Assembly (NCBI GenBank): GCA_030648615.1
Contig: JAUSHJ010000071.1
Coordinates: 830 to 64,829, forward strand
Source of the DNA: Candidatus Micrarchaeota archaeon
GTDB lineage: Archaea > Micrarchaeota > Micrarchaeia > Anstonellales > Bilamarchaeaceae
DNA: 64,000 bases
Reading direction: 5' to 3'
Positions 47,068-56,377 of this stretch are shown piece after piece. Under the pieces are notes generated by a model that worked only from the letters and a program-made list of their open reading frames with translations, did no database searches and was not told where the DNA came from. Each line of letters begins with the position of its first letter. Within the stretch, counting starts at the first letter, position 1. Made by a program: the position numbers and the translations under genes.

Positions 47068-48375
47068 ATGCAACCAACAGATGCAAAACTAACAAAGCCA
47101 GAACGAGCCTTGCGTGCTTATTTGAACACCTCAGAAGTACCTAAAGGATTCCGAGGTAACTCGTACACCTGCAAAGATGGAACAGTTATAGAGCTAGACA
47201 TAAACCCAAAAAATCTTAGCAGATATGCTACTTACGTCGCATGTATTGAAGAGTGGGCAATAACACTACCGAAATCAATTGAAGGAGTTAGTCCTGAAGT
47301 ATATGGCAAAGTTATTTCTGCAACCAAAGCAAGTGAAACCGAGAAAGCACTGGAATTCTGCAATTCTATAAAAGAAAAGGAAATAATTGCAAATCTAAGA
47401 CAAAAAGGTTCTATAATATATTTTTCTGAAGCTGCATTAACCATAGTAGATAATTTGGAGAAAAACGAATCTGCTCACATAAATGATTTGGAACTCATCA
47501 AAGCTAAATTCCAAACTAACATTAAAAATGAAATAGAAAAACAACAGAAATTGACAGCAGACAATCACGTAAATGGTCATGGACGTGCTAATTTTCCACT
47601 AGAGTTCAAAACAGCACTGGAATTCCTGAGAACACGGCTTTTCGATGAATTAACTATGCAAGATGTGATGAAATCACTTGAGATAACCAAAGAAGATAAA
47701 GTCACTGATAAAGAAAGAGCGACACTGGAATTGCAATTAGAACTTCACAAACAATTTTCATTTAGAAAAACCATGGAAGTCAATGGAAGAAAATTCATGG
47801 TAGAAGCTAGTCCATTCACAGAAAAAGGAATAATGGAACCCATAAGTGACTTGGATATTGTGGTTTACCCTCAGGATGAACAAATTATAGAAGCAATGAA
47901 AACTATAGCCAATCCTGAATTTGAACATGCTGACGGATCAGTTGTAGCTGCATCGATATTGATAAAAAATAAGGTGCAGCTAGTTGAGGAAATGCAAACT
48001 GAAGTTCCGGATTTACTGAGAAAGGCATCGTTAACTAGAGATGTTACTAAAGAAACAGAAATTCTCCTGCCAATCATAGAAGATTGGGAACTTTTAGCAA
48101 TGGAAGCAATTCAGGTATTTGCAAAGGAACATAAATTCTCTGAATTTTACATCATGACACCTTGGGGAGTTACAAGAAGATATCAAAGTAGCATTCATCC
48201 AGATAAATTGACAAAGATATATTTCAGTGTGCTGCAAAGATTAGGCGGTGAATTAGTCTTTGATGATAAAACTAAGGTTTGGACTGTACCTGCTTACTAC
48301 TGGAAATTTGATGCTGATTCTGATTTAATAGTTAAAGCAGAAAAAAATAAGAGTAAATGGAGCTTTAGAACGTGA
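47068..48375 (+). CDS. Hypothetical protein
   Basis: 435-aa ORF; C-terminal LVEEMQT...WELLAMEAIQVFAKE...IYFSVLQRLGG, possibly GNAT-like. Confidence 0.55.
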   Translation: MQPTDAKLTKPERALRAYLNTSEVPKGFRGNSYTCKDGTVIELDINPKNLSRYATYVACIEEWAITLPKSIEGVSPEVYGKVISATKASETEKALEFCNSIKEKEIIANLRQKGSIIYFSEAALTIVDNLEKNESAHINDLELIKAKFQTNIKNEIEKQQKLTADNHVNGHGRANFPLEFKTALEFLRTRLFDELTMQDVMKSLEITKEDKVTDKERATLELQLELHKQFSFRKTMEVNGRKFMVEASPFTEKGIMEPISDLDIVVYPQDEQIIEAMKTIANPEFEHADGSVVAASILIKNKVQLVEEMQTEVPDLLRKASLTRDVTKETEILLPIIEDWELLAMEAIQVFAKEHKFSEFYIMTPWGVTRRYQSSIHPDKLTKIYFSVLQRLGGELVFDDKTKVWTVPAYYWKFDADSDLIVKAEKNKSKWSFRT

Positions 48376-49308
48376 TTAAACGTACTTTATGAATTGTTCG
48401 AAGACGAATTGCACGAATGGTTTTTCATCTTTATTTTCTACTGAACTGATCAGGGCATCAAAATATTTGTCAGTGTCTTTTGATATATTTAACATAGGAT
48501 AACCAAAATCAAGAAATGCTTTGTTGAACAATAAACGAGATACTCTTTTGTTTCCATCCTTAAATGGATGAATCATATAAAAGCGAAGATGTAGCAATGC
48601 TGCCAGTTCTATTGCGTTCAAGTTACCAAGACTTGTATTGTACCATTCTACAAGTTCCCTGAGTTTATTATGTAGAACATCTGGAGTTGGTGGTCTGAAA
48701 CGTATTTCCTCAGCTTTTTCATAACTTTTCAGATAGATGTAAGCTTGTTCCTTTCTAAATGTACCTGGATTCTTTTCTTTGTATTCATCCATTATAATCT
48801 GGTGTAGTTTAAGGATAAAATCTTCAGTTATACCTTTCTTACTTTCTTTTACATATCTTAGACCTTTTATCATATCAAGCGCTACTCTAAGATTTTCATC
48901 GCGTATAGTTTTGATATTCTTTTGATCAAATTTGTAGGCTAAACCAGCATCTTCTTTTGTTATAGGTACACCCTCTGTTGTCAGAGTAGTATATACAAAA
49001 TTTACGGTATCAACTTCCTCTTTTTCATCCAGTTTTGCTTTTCCTAATTTCTTGAATTTCACAGCGAATCTCCGCTTTCTCTTTTCTACTTCTATAAGCT
49101 GCTCTCTTGTAACATACAGAAATTTTTGCTTACCTAGTAAGGAACCATAAATTTTATCCAAAAGTTCTTGTCTTTTTCTTTTGAGATTTATTTCATCTGG
49201 AATTTTCTTGCCTAAAAAAATAGAGTAAACTTTTGGAGTTTCCAACCTAAGTGTTTCTTCCAGATAGTAGTATTCGTTTCCCTTTACGATTTTTTTCCTT
49301 ATGCCCAT
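48376..49308 (-). CDS. Fic/Doc-family protein
   Basis: HPFKDGNKRVSR motif; N-terminal KKIVKGNEYYYLEET. Confidence 0.9.
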   Translation of the reverse strand: MGIRKKIVKGNEYYYLEETLRLETPKVYSIFLGKKIPDEINLKRKRQELLDKIYGSLLGKQKFLYVTREQLIEVEKRKRRFAVKFKKLGKAKLDEKEEVDTVNFVYTTLTTEGVPITKEDAGLAYKFDQKNIKTIRDENLRVALDMIKGLRYVKESKKGITEDFILKLHQIIMDEYKEKNPGTFRKEQAYIYLKSYEKAEEIRFRPPTPDVLHNKLRELVEWYNTSLGNLNAIELAALLHLRFYMIHPFKDGNKRVSRLLFNKAFLDFGYPMLNISKDTDKYFDALISSVENKDEKPFVQFVFEQFIKYV

Positions 49309-49445
49309 AGTATTATTTGGAGGTAAACATTAATAAGGTTATCATACATTTTTAAGTCTAAATGTATGCCTAAAAATTACGACGTAAAAAATTATAATAC
49401 ATTTTTTGAAATAATGTAAGGTAAATGACTATTTCTAAGCTAAAA

Positions 49446-50024
49446 CTATTTCTTTTTTGGTACAACTGATAGATCCTTCTTAGTTACAAGACTAACTTCA
49501 ATGAACAGAGTACCAAGATGATCATAGAAAATATCTGAAACTTTTAAAGTTTGTGTTTCGGTACCTATATTAGTAGTTTTAACATTAGTTCCTTTGATTG
49601 TTACATCAAGTAGAGGTTTTGATGGAAAGAGAAGTGGTGAAGCTTCAGCCAAACCTGATTTTACGGCATCTACCATTGAAGCAACATCTGCTTTGTCAAC
49701 AACATATTCTATAAGTAAAAATCTGGATTTGTAAGCAGTGCTCATTTCAAAAACAGCTGCTTCAATACCTTTGAGGTCCGGTGTTCCTCCACCTTGAGAA
49801 ATTGCGCGAGCACCACCTTTTGTAAGAACATTGTGTAGTTCGAACCCTGGAGAGGATGGATTTTTACGATCTGCATTAGTTACAAAAGATTTAAGATCAG
49901 TATAAGTACGTGGTGGAACTATATGAACTTCTCCATCGTGGGCAGGGATACTTTTAAACATTCTATCTAAGGATTTAATTCCTTTATCGTGATCAGTTTC
50001 TTTTAGTTGCTGTGCTTGCTCCAT
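49446..50024 (-). CDS. Hypothetical protein (orphan)
   Basis: 192-aa ORF with SD AAGGTGA. Confidence 0.55.
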   Translation of the reverse strand: MEQAQQLKETDHDKGIKSLDRMFKSIPAHDGEVHIVPPRTYTDLKSFVTNADRKNPSSPGFELHNVLTKGGARAISQGGGTPDLKGIEAAVFEMSTAYKSRFLLIEYVVDKADVASMVDAVKSGLAEASPLLFPSKPLLDVTIKGTNVKTTNIGTETQTLKVSDIFYDHLGTLFIEVSLVTKKDLSVVPKKK

Positions 50025-50070
50025 TTTTTCACCTTCGAAAATTTATGATTCAAATGTTTTAATAATGTAT

Positions 50071-51528
50071 CTATTTCTTAGCCAGTCGTTCCAGCGTCTC
50101 CACAACTAACCTCAAACCAATTCCAGAAGCACCCTTATCCAAATAAGGATGTTTCTCAACTGCGTCTACTGCTGCAATATCAAGATGTGCCCATTTAGTT
50201 TCTCCTATGAACTCTTTCAGGAAACAAGCTGCAGTTATACTGCCTGCATCACCTGACTCACTACCGATATTCTTAACATCGGCAAAATCTCCTTTATCCA
50301 TATCTGAATATTCCTGATCAAGAGGCATTCTCCATACTCGTTCGAATGTATGCTCGCCAGCATCGAAAATTGCTATTGCTAATTTGTCATCATTACTAAA
50401 AAGACCAATCCTGAAACGACCAAGGGCAACAATTATTGCACCAGTCAAAGTAGCAAGATCAATCATGTATTCTGGTTTTCGCTCAGCTACATATGCAAGA
50501 GTATCTGCTAGAATAAGCCGACCTTCAGCATCGGTATTTAGTACTTCTATGGTTTTTCCATTATAAGAAGTAACAATATCGCCAGGCCTTTGTGCAGTAC
50601 CGGAAGGCATATTTTCAGTAGCAGTAAATGCACCTATAAGTCGAATTTGTAATTTCAACTCAGCAACTGCTTTCATTATCCCAAGAGTAGTTATTGCTCC
50701 AGTCTTATCATATTTCATTTCCTGCATTCCTTTTGCTGGTTTTATAGAAATACCACCAGAATCAAATGTAATTCCTTTTCCGACTACAGAATAAAGAGGT
50801 AAATTCTTCTTGTCTTTATTGTATTCCATTAAAACCATAACAGGTGGCAACGGACTACCTTGATTAACTCCAAGAATTGCATTCATACCTTTTTTCTTCA
50901 TCTCCTCTTTTCCTAAAACTTCAATCGCGAACCCTTTTTCTTTTGATAGTATTTGTGCTAACTCTGCAAGTTTCTGAGGAGTAGCGATGTTCGCTGGATT
51001 TTCGTTATTGTCCCTGACATAATTCTGTGCTGTTCCAAGAATAAAACCTTTTTGCACTGCAACTGAAACGTCTTCTGTACCCACAACAGTAATCTGTTTT
51101 ACCTCGAAATAATCGTCCTTTTTGCTCTTGAATTTTATGCATTTGTAATTTGCAACTGTTGAAGCTTCTACAATTGCCTGAGCAAAATCAGAAGGTGAAA
51201 CTCCTTTGGTTTTTGGAAGTGCAATAGAAATATTATCGCTTTTCATTCCAATTGCAACTCTAATTGCAGTACCTGCAAATCTCCTGACAAAATCAAGATT
51301 GAAATCCTTTTCTTCGCCGAGACCATAGAGCAATAATTTCTTGAATGATAATTTTCCAAGAGTAGTTAAAGTTACTGCTTGCCCTACTTTCCCTTCAAAC
51401 TCCTCCTTTCGAAGAGTTTTAGTAAGCTCACTTAGTTCTTTTGGAAATTCCAAATTTTGTAAAACTGCTACACATAGCAATTCGTCTTTAACTTCGGTCA
51501 ATTGTTGTTTTTTAAATGAAATTTGCAT
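50071..51528 (-). CDS. pepA: Leucyl aminopeptidase (M17)
   Basis: VGKGITFDSGGISIKP, MKYDKTGA, EVLNTDAEGRLILAD, IDLATLTGA, WAHLDIA. Confidence 0.96.
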   Translation of the reverse strand: MQISFKKQQLTEVKDELLCVAVLQNLEFPKELSELTKTLRKEEFEGKVGQAVTLTTLGKLSFKKLLLYGLGEEKDFNLDFVRRFAGTAIRVAIGMKSDNISIALPKTKGVSPSDFAQAIVEASTVANYKCIKFKSKKDDYFEVKQITVVGTEDVSVAVQKGFILGTAQNYVRDNNENPANIATPQKLAELAQILSKEKGFAIEVLGKEEMKKKGMNAILGVNQGSPLPPVMVLMEYNKDKKNLPLYSVVGKGITFDSGGISIKPAKGMQEMKYDKTGAITTLGIMKAVAELKLQIRLIGAFTATENMPSGTAQRPGDIVTSYNGKTIEVLNTDAEGRLILADTLAYVAERKPEYMIDLATLTGAIIVALGRFRIGLFSNDDKLAIAIFDAGEHTFERVWRMPLDQEYSDMDKGDFADVKNIGSESGDAGSITAACFLKEFIGETKWAHLDIAAVDAVEKHPYLDKGASGIGLRLVVETLERLAKK

Positions 51529-51665
51529 ATGTACACCCCTAATCGAATTCTCTTATTGTAATAATATTACATTTATCAATATCAGATTTACTAGGCCCAA
51601 TAACAGAGCAATGCGAGTTACTACAATTGTATGGCTTAAATTCAAATGTGCAATTACTGTCTCGA

Positions 51666-51685
51666 GCAAAACTGGAAACTAAAAC
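51666..51685 (+). repeat. Heptamer array fragment
   Basis: CAAAACTGGAAACTAAAA (51667-51684) is identical to 53897-53914. Confidence 0.6.
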
Positions 51686-51764
51686 AGAAAAAGAAAGAAA
51701 TGCAGCTGAAGAAATTATGATTCTTCCAACAAATGATTTTGTTCTTTGTCTCAAATTTACACCT

Positions 51765-53087
51765 TCAATTGAAGAGAATCATTTTTATCATCTCAGGAAG
51801 AGAACTAAATTTAGATTTCTCTTCTGAATGTAGTAATGAAGATGATATCGCTCTTCTCATCTTTTCACTATTAGCTGCCTTGTCAATCATCCAATTAAGC
51901 AACCATTTGTGCTTACCCCACTTCTGCATTCTATAACTGTTCTTGAGATCTCCATCAATTTCCTTGGACAATTCAGTTTCATATTCCACCAGAGTAACAG
52001 CACTAAAATCGTTTTTCTCGAATGCTTTGGCAATTATTTGAGAACTTATCTTACCACTTATAAGTGAATTTCCAATGCCTTCACCGCTGAATGGATCAAT
52101 GAGAGAACCTGCATCACCTATAATAAGATAGCCATCACCGAAACATTTTACTCTATTTGAACCAAGAGGCAATTGCCATCGTTTCACATCACTTATTCTT
52201 TCCGCACCTTCAAATCTAGCTTTGAAAACAGGATGATTTTCAATTATGCTGAACATTATTTTTTCCATATTTGATTTGGTACTTTTTATATCACTAACGA
52301 GCATGCCTACGCCAACGTTTGCCTTGCCATCTGGCAAAGGAAATATCCAGAAATAGCCGGGGAGTAATTCTTCTACAAAATGTAGCTCAATGGTGTCATT
52401 CATTCCTTTTACTCCTTTATAATATGCGCGAAGCGCACTGCATTGATGATCTTCTTTAGTATTAACAGCATTGAATTTTTTTGCAACTACTCCGCCTACA
52501 CCATCTGCACCTACAATGACTTTAGCAGTAAACGTCATTTTCTGACCAGTTGGCATGTGATTTCCTGTGACGCCCGTAACAATTCCGTTTTCCTGAATCA
52601 AATCGTTTACAAAAAATTGTTCGATAGTTGTAGCAAATTTCTTAGCATTCTGGAAAAGAACATTATCGAATACTTCTCTTCTGCAAACAAAACCTGGAGG
52701 GAGATTAGGATCTTTTGAAGGTGTATCTATCTTGACTACCGTACCTTTAGGATTTGAAAAAGTAACACCGTACATTTTCATATGCTCGACTTTTTCCATT
52801 TCAGGAAGCATTCCCAATTCTTTGAGAACACCTACACTTTTCCCGCTTATGCCATCTCCACAAGTTTTATCTCTTGGGAATTTTGCTCTGTCTAAAAGAA
52901 GAACTTTCTTGCCTGCTTTACCGAGATACATGGCACAGGAACTTCCTGATGGTCCACCACCAACGATTATAACGTCAAAGGAATCTCCATCTTTCGCAGC
53001 CAGAGAACTAGAAGGTTTCGGAATTTCTTTCGAAACTTCGGCTGCCTGAGCTGATTTAAATTCTAAAGTTGTTTTTTTAGCAATCAT
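51765..53087 (-). CDS. Geranylgeranyl-reductase-family protein with an N-terminal extension of about 35 aa
   Basis: DVIIVGGGPSG, FPRDKTCGDGIS, GYFWIFP, IIGDAGSLIDPFSGEGI; SD GAGGGTGA before ATG 53087. Confidence 0.9.
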   Translation of the reverse strand: MIAKKTTLEFKSAQAAEVSKEIPKPSSSLAAKDGDSFDVIIVGGGPSGSSCAMYLGKAGKKVLLLDRAKFPRDKTCGDGISGKSVGVLKELGMLPEMEKVEHMKMYGVTFSNPKGTVVKIDTPSKDPNLPPGFVCRREVFDNVLFQNAKKFATTIEQFFVNDLIQENGIVTGVTGNHMPTGQKMTFTAKVIVGADGVGGVVAKKFNAVNTKEDHQCSALRAYYKGVKGMNDTIELHFVEELLPGYFWIFPLPDGKANVGVGMLVSDIKSTKSNMEKIMFSIIENHPVFKARFEGAERISDVKRWQLPLGSNRVKCFGDGYLIIGDAGSLIDPFSGEGIGNSLISGKISSQIIAKAFEKNDFSAVTLVEYETELSKEIDGDLKNSYRMQKWGKHKWLLNWMIDKAANSEKMRRAISSSLLHSEEKSKFSSLPEMIKMILFN

Positions 53088-53126
53088 ATAATTCACCCTC
53101 TAAGTTTAGTAATCAGATTTTTCTAA

Positions 53127-53295
53127 GAGTATCCTCGCTTCGCTCAAAACCGTGCGCAAGCGCACGGTATGCACTCATTCGAAAAATACTCGCAACATTA
53201 TTGTCGCAAGCGACAATATGCATCTTGCTGCAAAAAGCAGCAAGCATGAGTCATGTCGATGATTTACCCGTACACGACAAGCATGGTACTCTCAC
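53127..53295. repeat. Tandem-hairpin cassette in the GGR 5' leader
   Basis: ACCGTGCGC-AA-GCGCACGGT (53149-68), TATTGTCGC-AA-GCGACAATA (53199-218), CTTGCTGC-AAAAA-GCAGCAAG (53224-44), plus an imperfect GAGTCATGTCG...CGACAAGCATGGTACTC stem. Confidence 0.85.
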
Positions 53296-53402
53296 CGACT
53301 TTGCGATAGTTCTACGCTTTTTATATATGTAAACACGCAGAATTAATTAACTAATTTCTATGAAAAATGAAGTTAATAAATATTGGCTTTTGTTAATAAT
53401 TC

Positions 53403-53870
53403 ATGCTTAAGATCATAAAATACGCTAATAAATACAAAAATGCAGTTCCTAAATTTATTCTTGAAGTATTAGAAGGTGAATTTGGTTTCACTGGCATTGA
53501 ACGTCCGGACATTTACAACATACCTGAGCATTATCACATTGGTACCAGTAAATTCTGGCTTGCCATTGAGAGAGGAATCGTAATTGGCACTATCGCTATT
53601 ATTGATTGCGGTAGGCATAGAGGATTTTTAAGGCGTATGTACGTAGCTAAGGAATTCCGAGGTAAAGGAATTGGAACAAAACTGCTTGAAACACTATTGA
53701 GATACACTAAGAAGCACGATTATAAGAGAATTTTTCTTTGGACAGACTCTGAGATGGTAGAAGCAATTAAAATGTATGAGAAAAAAGGATTTAAAAGAAT
53801 TAAAGCCCCGCCAAAAGATTTTCATTTTCTCAGGCTTTCGGATTCTATTTTTTATAAACTTGAATTGTAG
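53403..53870 (+). CDS. GNAT-family acetyltransferase
   Basis: LRRMYVAKEFRGKGIGTKLL (motif A), EAIKMYEKKGF. Confidence 0.9.
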   Translation: MLKIIKYANKYKNAVPKFILEVLEGEFGFTGIERPDIYNIPEHYHIGTSKFWLAIERGIVIGTIAIIDCGRHRGFLRRMYVAKEFRGKGIGTKLLETLLRYTKKHDYKRIFLWTDSEMVEAIKMYEKKGFKRIKAPPKDFHFLRLSDSIFYKLEL

Positions 53871-53881
53871 TTATTTGTCAA

Positions 53882-53916
53882 CCGAAACCCGAGACTCAAA
53901 ACTGGAAACTAAAAAC
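53882..53916 (+). repeat. Heptamer array at a convergent junction
   Basis: ccgaaac ccgagac tcaaaac tggaaac taaaaac. Confidence 0.75.
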
Positions 53917-53920
53917 AGTA

Positions 53921-54892
53921 TTATATATCCACATCTCCAACTAATTCCTCAATCAAATCTGCAATTGTAATAAGACCAATCAACTCGTTATTATGATTAA
54001 CCACATAGCCCATGTGAAGCTTCCTCGCCTGCATCTCTCGAAAGACCTGATCAATCATAGTATCACTCTGGATGAATAAAGGAGGATGCATTAAATCAGT
54101 TATTAATTTTTTATCATCTTTTTTTACATATTTTAGTATGTCCTTTAGTCTTGCAGTACCAATAATTTGATTATCTTGATTAACTACTGGAAATCTGAAA
54201 TGCGCATGCATATTCGCAATTATGAATGCTTCATCTACTGTGGCAGAACTTGCGATAGTTACCATATTATCCTTCGAAATCATGATATTTTTAACTGGAA
54301 TATCGTTAAATAGCAAAACTCGTTCAATAAACTCACGTTCATGATGTTCCAGAACTTTCTCTTCTACTCCTATGGCGATTATATCATGTATTTCCTTTTC
54401 AGTTATCATAGGTGAAACGTCTTTCTTTGAAAGCTTGAATAATACTTCTGAAACCCAATTAAGTAATTTGACTATTGGAGAAAGGAGATATACGAAAAAC
54501 TCAAGGACTGGTGCGCAAAATAAAGCTATCGGTTCTGCATTTACAGAAGCAAATGTTTTCGGAAGTATATCTCCAACAACTATAATTATTATAGACATGA
54601 CAGCTATTGCTATCCCTACACCTAGTTCTCCGAAAAGCTGCAATGATATTACAGTAGCAAGAACTGATGCAAACGTATTCACGAGATTATTACCTATGAG
54701 AATTGTTATTATCGCCTGACGTTGATTGCGCTTAAGCCGTTCGAGATTCTGCGATCCAGATTTAAGAGATTTAGCGAGTGTCCGAACTCTGATCTTTCCT
54801 ATGGAGACAAGAGATACTTCTGCAGCTGCAAGGAATGCTGACAATAAAATCATTAGCAACATCACTATAACGCTTATCAGTACATCTATCAT
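53921..54892 (-). CDS. CNNM/HlyC-CorC family protein (DUF21 plus CBS pair)
   Basis: LSAFLAAAEVSL, ILIGNNLVN, GDILPKT, RFPVV, LITIADLIEELVG. Confidence 0.9.
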   Translation of the reverse strand: MIDVLISVIVMLLMILLSAFLAAAEVSLVSIGKIRVRTLAKSLKSGSQNLERLKRNQRQAIITILIGNNLVNTFASVLATVISLQLFGELGVGIAIAVMSIIIIVVGDILPKTFASVNAEPIALFCAPVLEFFVYLLSPIVKLLNWVSEVLFKLSKKDVSPMITEKEIHDIIAIGVEEKVLEHHEREFIERVLLFNDIPVKNIMISKDNMVTIASSATVDEAFIIANMHAHFRFPVVNQDNQIIGTARLKDILKYVKKDDKKLITDLMHPPLFIQSDTMIDQVFREMQARKLHMGYVVNHNNELIGLITIADLIEELVGDVDI

Positions 54893-54896
54893 TTGA

Positions 54897-55448
54897 CTAC
54901 ACCCTTAGTATCCTATTACCGCTTATTACAATATCCATTTTCTGATCATGTTCTTGTATTGGAAGTTTTTCTACAATTTGAAAATCAAACGCAACACCAA
55001 TTCTCTTTGATTTTAATTTTTTAAATAAACGATCATAATAACCTTTTCCGTAGCCAAGACGATAACGGGCTAAATCAAATGCAAGACCTGGAGTTATAAC
55101 TATATCTGGCAGGTTTTTACTAGGCTTCTTTACTTTTGGTTCCATAATCCCGTATTTTCCAGGAATGAGATCTTCGAATGAAATAAATTCGACTAATTCT
55201 ATTTCAGAATTTGTCACTGGAACTAAAACATTTTTTCCGAGTTTAAGCGATTCTTTTATCATGCCAGACGTGTCAACTTCGCTTCCCTTTGAAAGATAGA
55301 ATGCAATAGTATCTGCAGAACGAAATTCCTCTAAAGAAAATAGTATTTCCCCTATCTTTTGGCTTTTCTCTTTTCTTTCTCGTTCTGATATACCATCGCG
55401 TAATTTCGTCATTATCAATCTAAGAGCAGCTTTTGATTCCTGATGCAT
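54897..55448 (-). CDS. 5-formyltetrahydrofolate cyclo-ligase
   Basis: SEVDT, GKYGIMEP, DIVITPGLAFD...RLGYGKGYYDR. Confidence 0.93.
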   Translation of the reverse strand: MHQESKAALRLIMTKLRDGISERERKEKSQKIGEILFSLEEFRSADTIAFYLSKGSEVDTSGMIKESLKLGKNVLVPVTNSEIELVEFISFEDLIPGKYGIMEPKVKKPSKNLPDIVITPGLAFDLARYRLGYGKGYYDRLFKKLKSKRIGVAFDFQIVEKLPIQEHDQKMDIVISGNRILRV

Positions 55449-55582
55449 AAGAATAACCTAAAACTATTTATGTTCTTATTATTAAAAACTTATTCTAGAG
55501 CTCCAAGTAAAAAAATAGAGCACTATCTATAAAACCAATAAGTAAATTATAAAATAAATACAAATTACTTTATTGGTTTAAT

Positions 55583-56368
55583 ATGGTTGGTAATATGGAA
55601 GAAAAAATAACTGTAAATGGTAAAGACTATCTGCTAAAGCCATACCGAGACTATGGTAAAAATGCCATAGCAAAACTAAAGGGAGATGTAATATACATAA
55701 AATTACCCAGGCATTGGAACAGTGAATTGGCATGGAAAATAGCTGAGAAACTAAAGAACAGAATGATAACTAATATTGGTAAGGGAATTACCAGTAGTTC
55801 CGAACTTACGTTTTATAATGTACATGAAGTGACGGTATTGGGTCAAAAATATGCCATAGAAAAAATAGAAGGTGAAAACAAACGGAATCGAGCTAGAATA
55901 GTTGAAAATAAAATATTAGTAAATATAATTGCTACTCTTGAAAAGCATAAAAAAAAAGAAGTAATTGACGAATTAGTACGACGCTCACTGTCGCGCGAAT
56001 TACTGCCTAGGATAATTGCAAAAATTGATGAACTTAACGATTTGCATTTTCATTCCGAAATAGGTAAAGTTTCATTAAGGCAACAAAGTTCGAGATGGGG
56101 AAGTTGTTCTCCTGCTAATAATATTAGTATAAATTTTTCTCTCTTGTTTCTACCACAAGAAATACTCGACTATGTTATAGTGCATGAACTTGCTCACACG
56201 AAAATAAGAAATCATTCTGAAAAATTCTGGTTGCTTGTTGGTAAAGTAATGCCTGATTTTAGAGAAAGAAGAAAATGGTTGAAGAAAGAAGCTAGAAAAG
56301 AATTAACTAAAATATTTAACTTCCCCAACCCTCAGTCTTCGGTTTTGAATTGTCAGACTATGATTTAA
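55583..56368 (+). CDS. YgjP/DUF45-like metal-dependent hydrolase (SprT-like HExxH)
   Basis: SRWGSCS, DYVIVHELAH, NHSEKFW. Confidence 0.88.
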   Translation: MVGNMEEKITVNGKDYLLKPYRDYGKNAIAKLKGDVIYIKLPRHWNSELAWKIAEKLKNRMITNIGKGITSSSELTFYNVHEVTVLGQKYAIEKIEGENKRNRARIVENKILVNIIATLEKHKKKEVIDELVRRSLSRELLPRIIAKIDELNDLHFHSEIGKVSLRQQSSRWGSCSPANNISINFSLLFLPQEILDYVIVHELAHTKIRNHSEKFWLLVGKVMPDFRERRKWLKKEARKELTKIFNFPNPQSSVLNCQTMI

Positions 56369-56377
56369 ATTAAGAAC

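Noticed and set aside
51539-51754. 71-aa minus-strand ORF between GGR and pepA
   Set aside because: TTG start, no SD, and it reads through a heptamer array; likely spurious.
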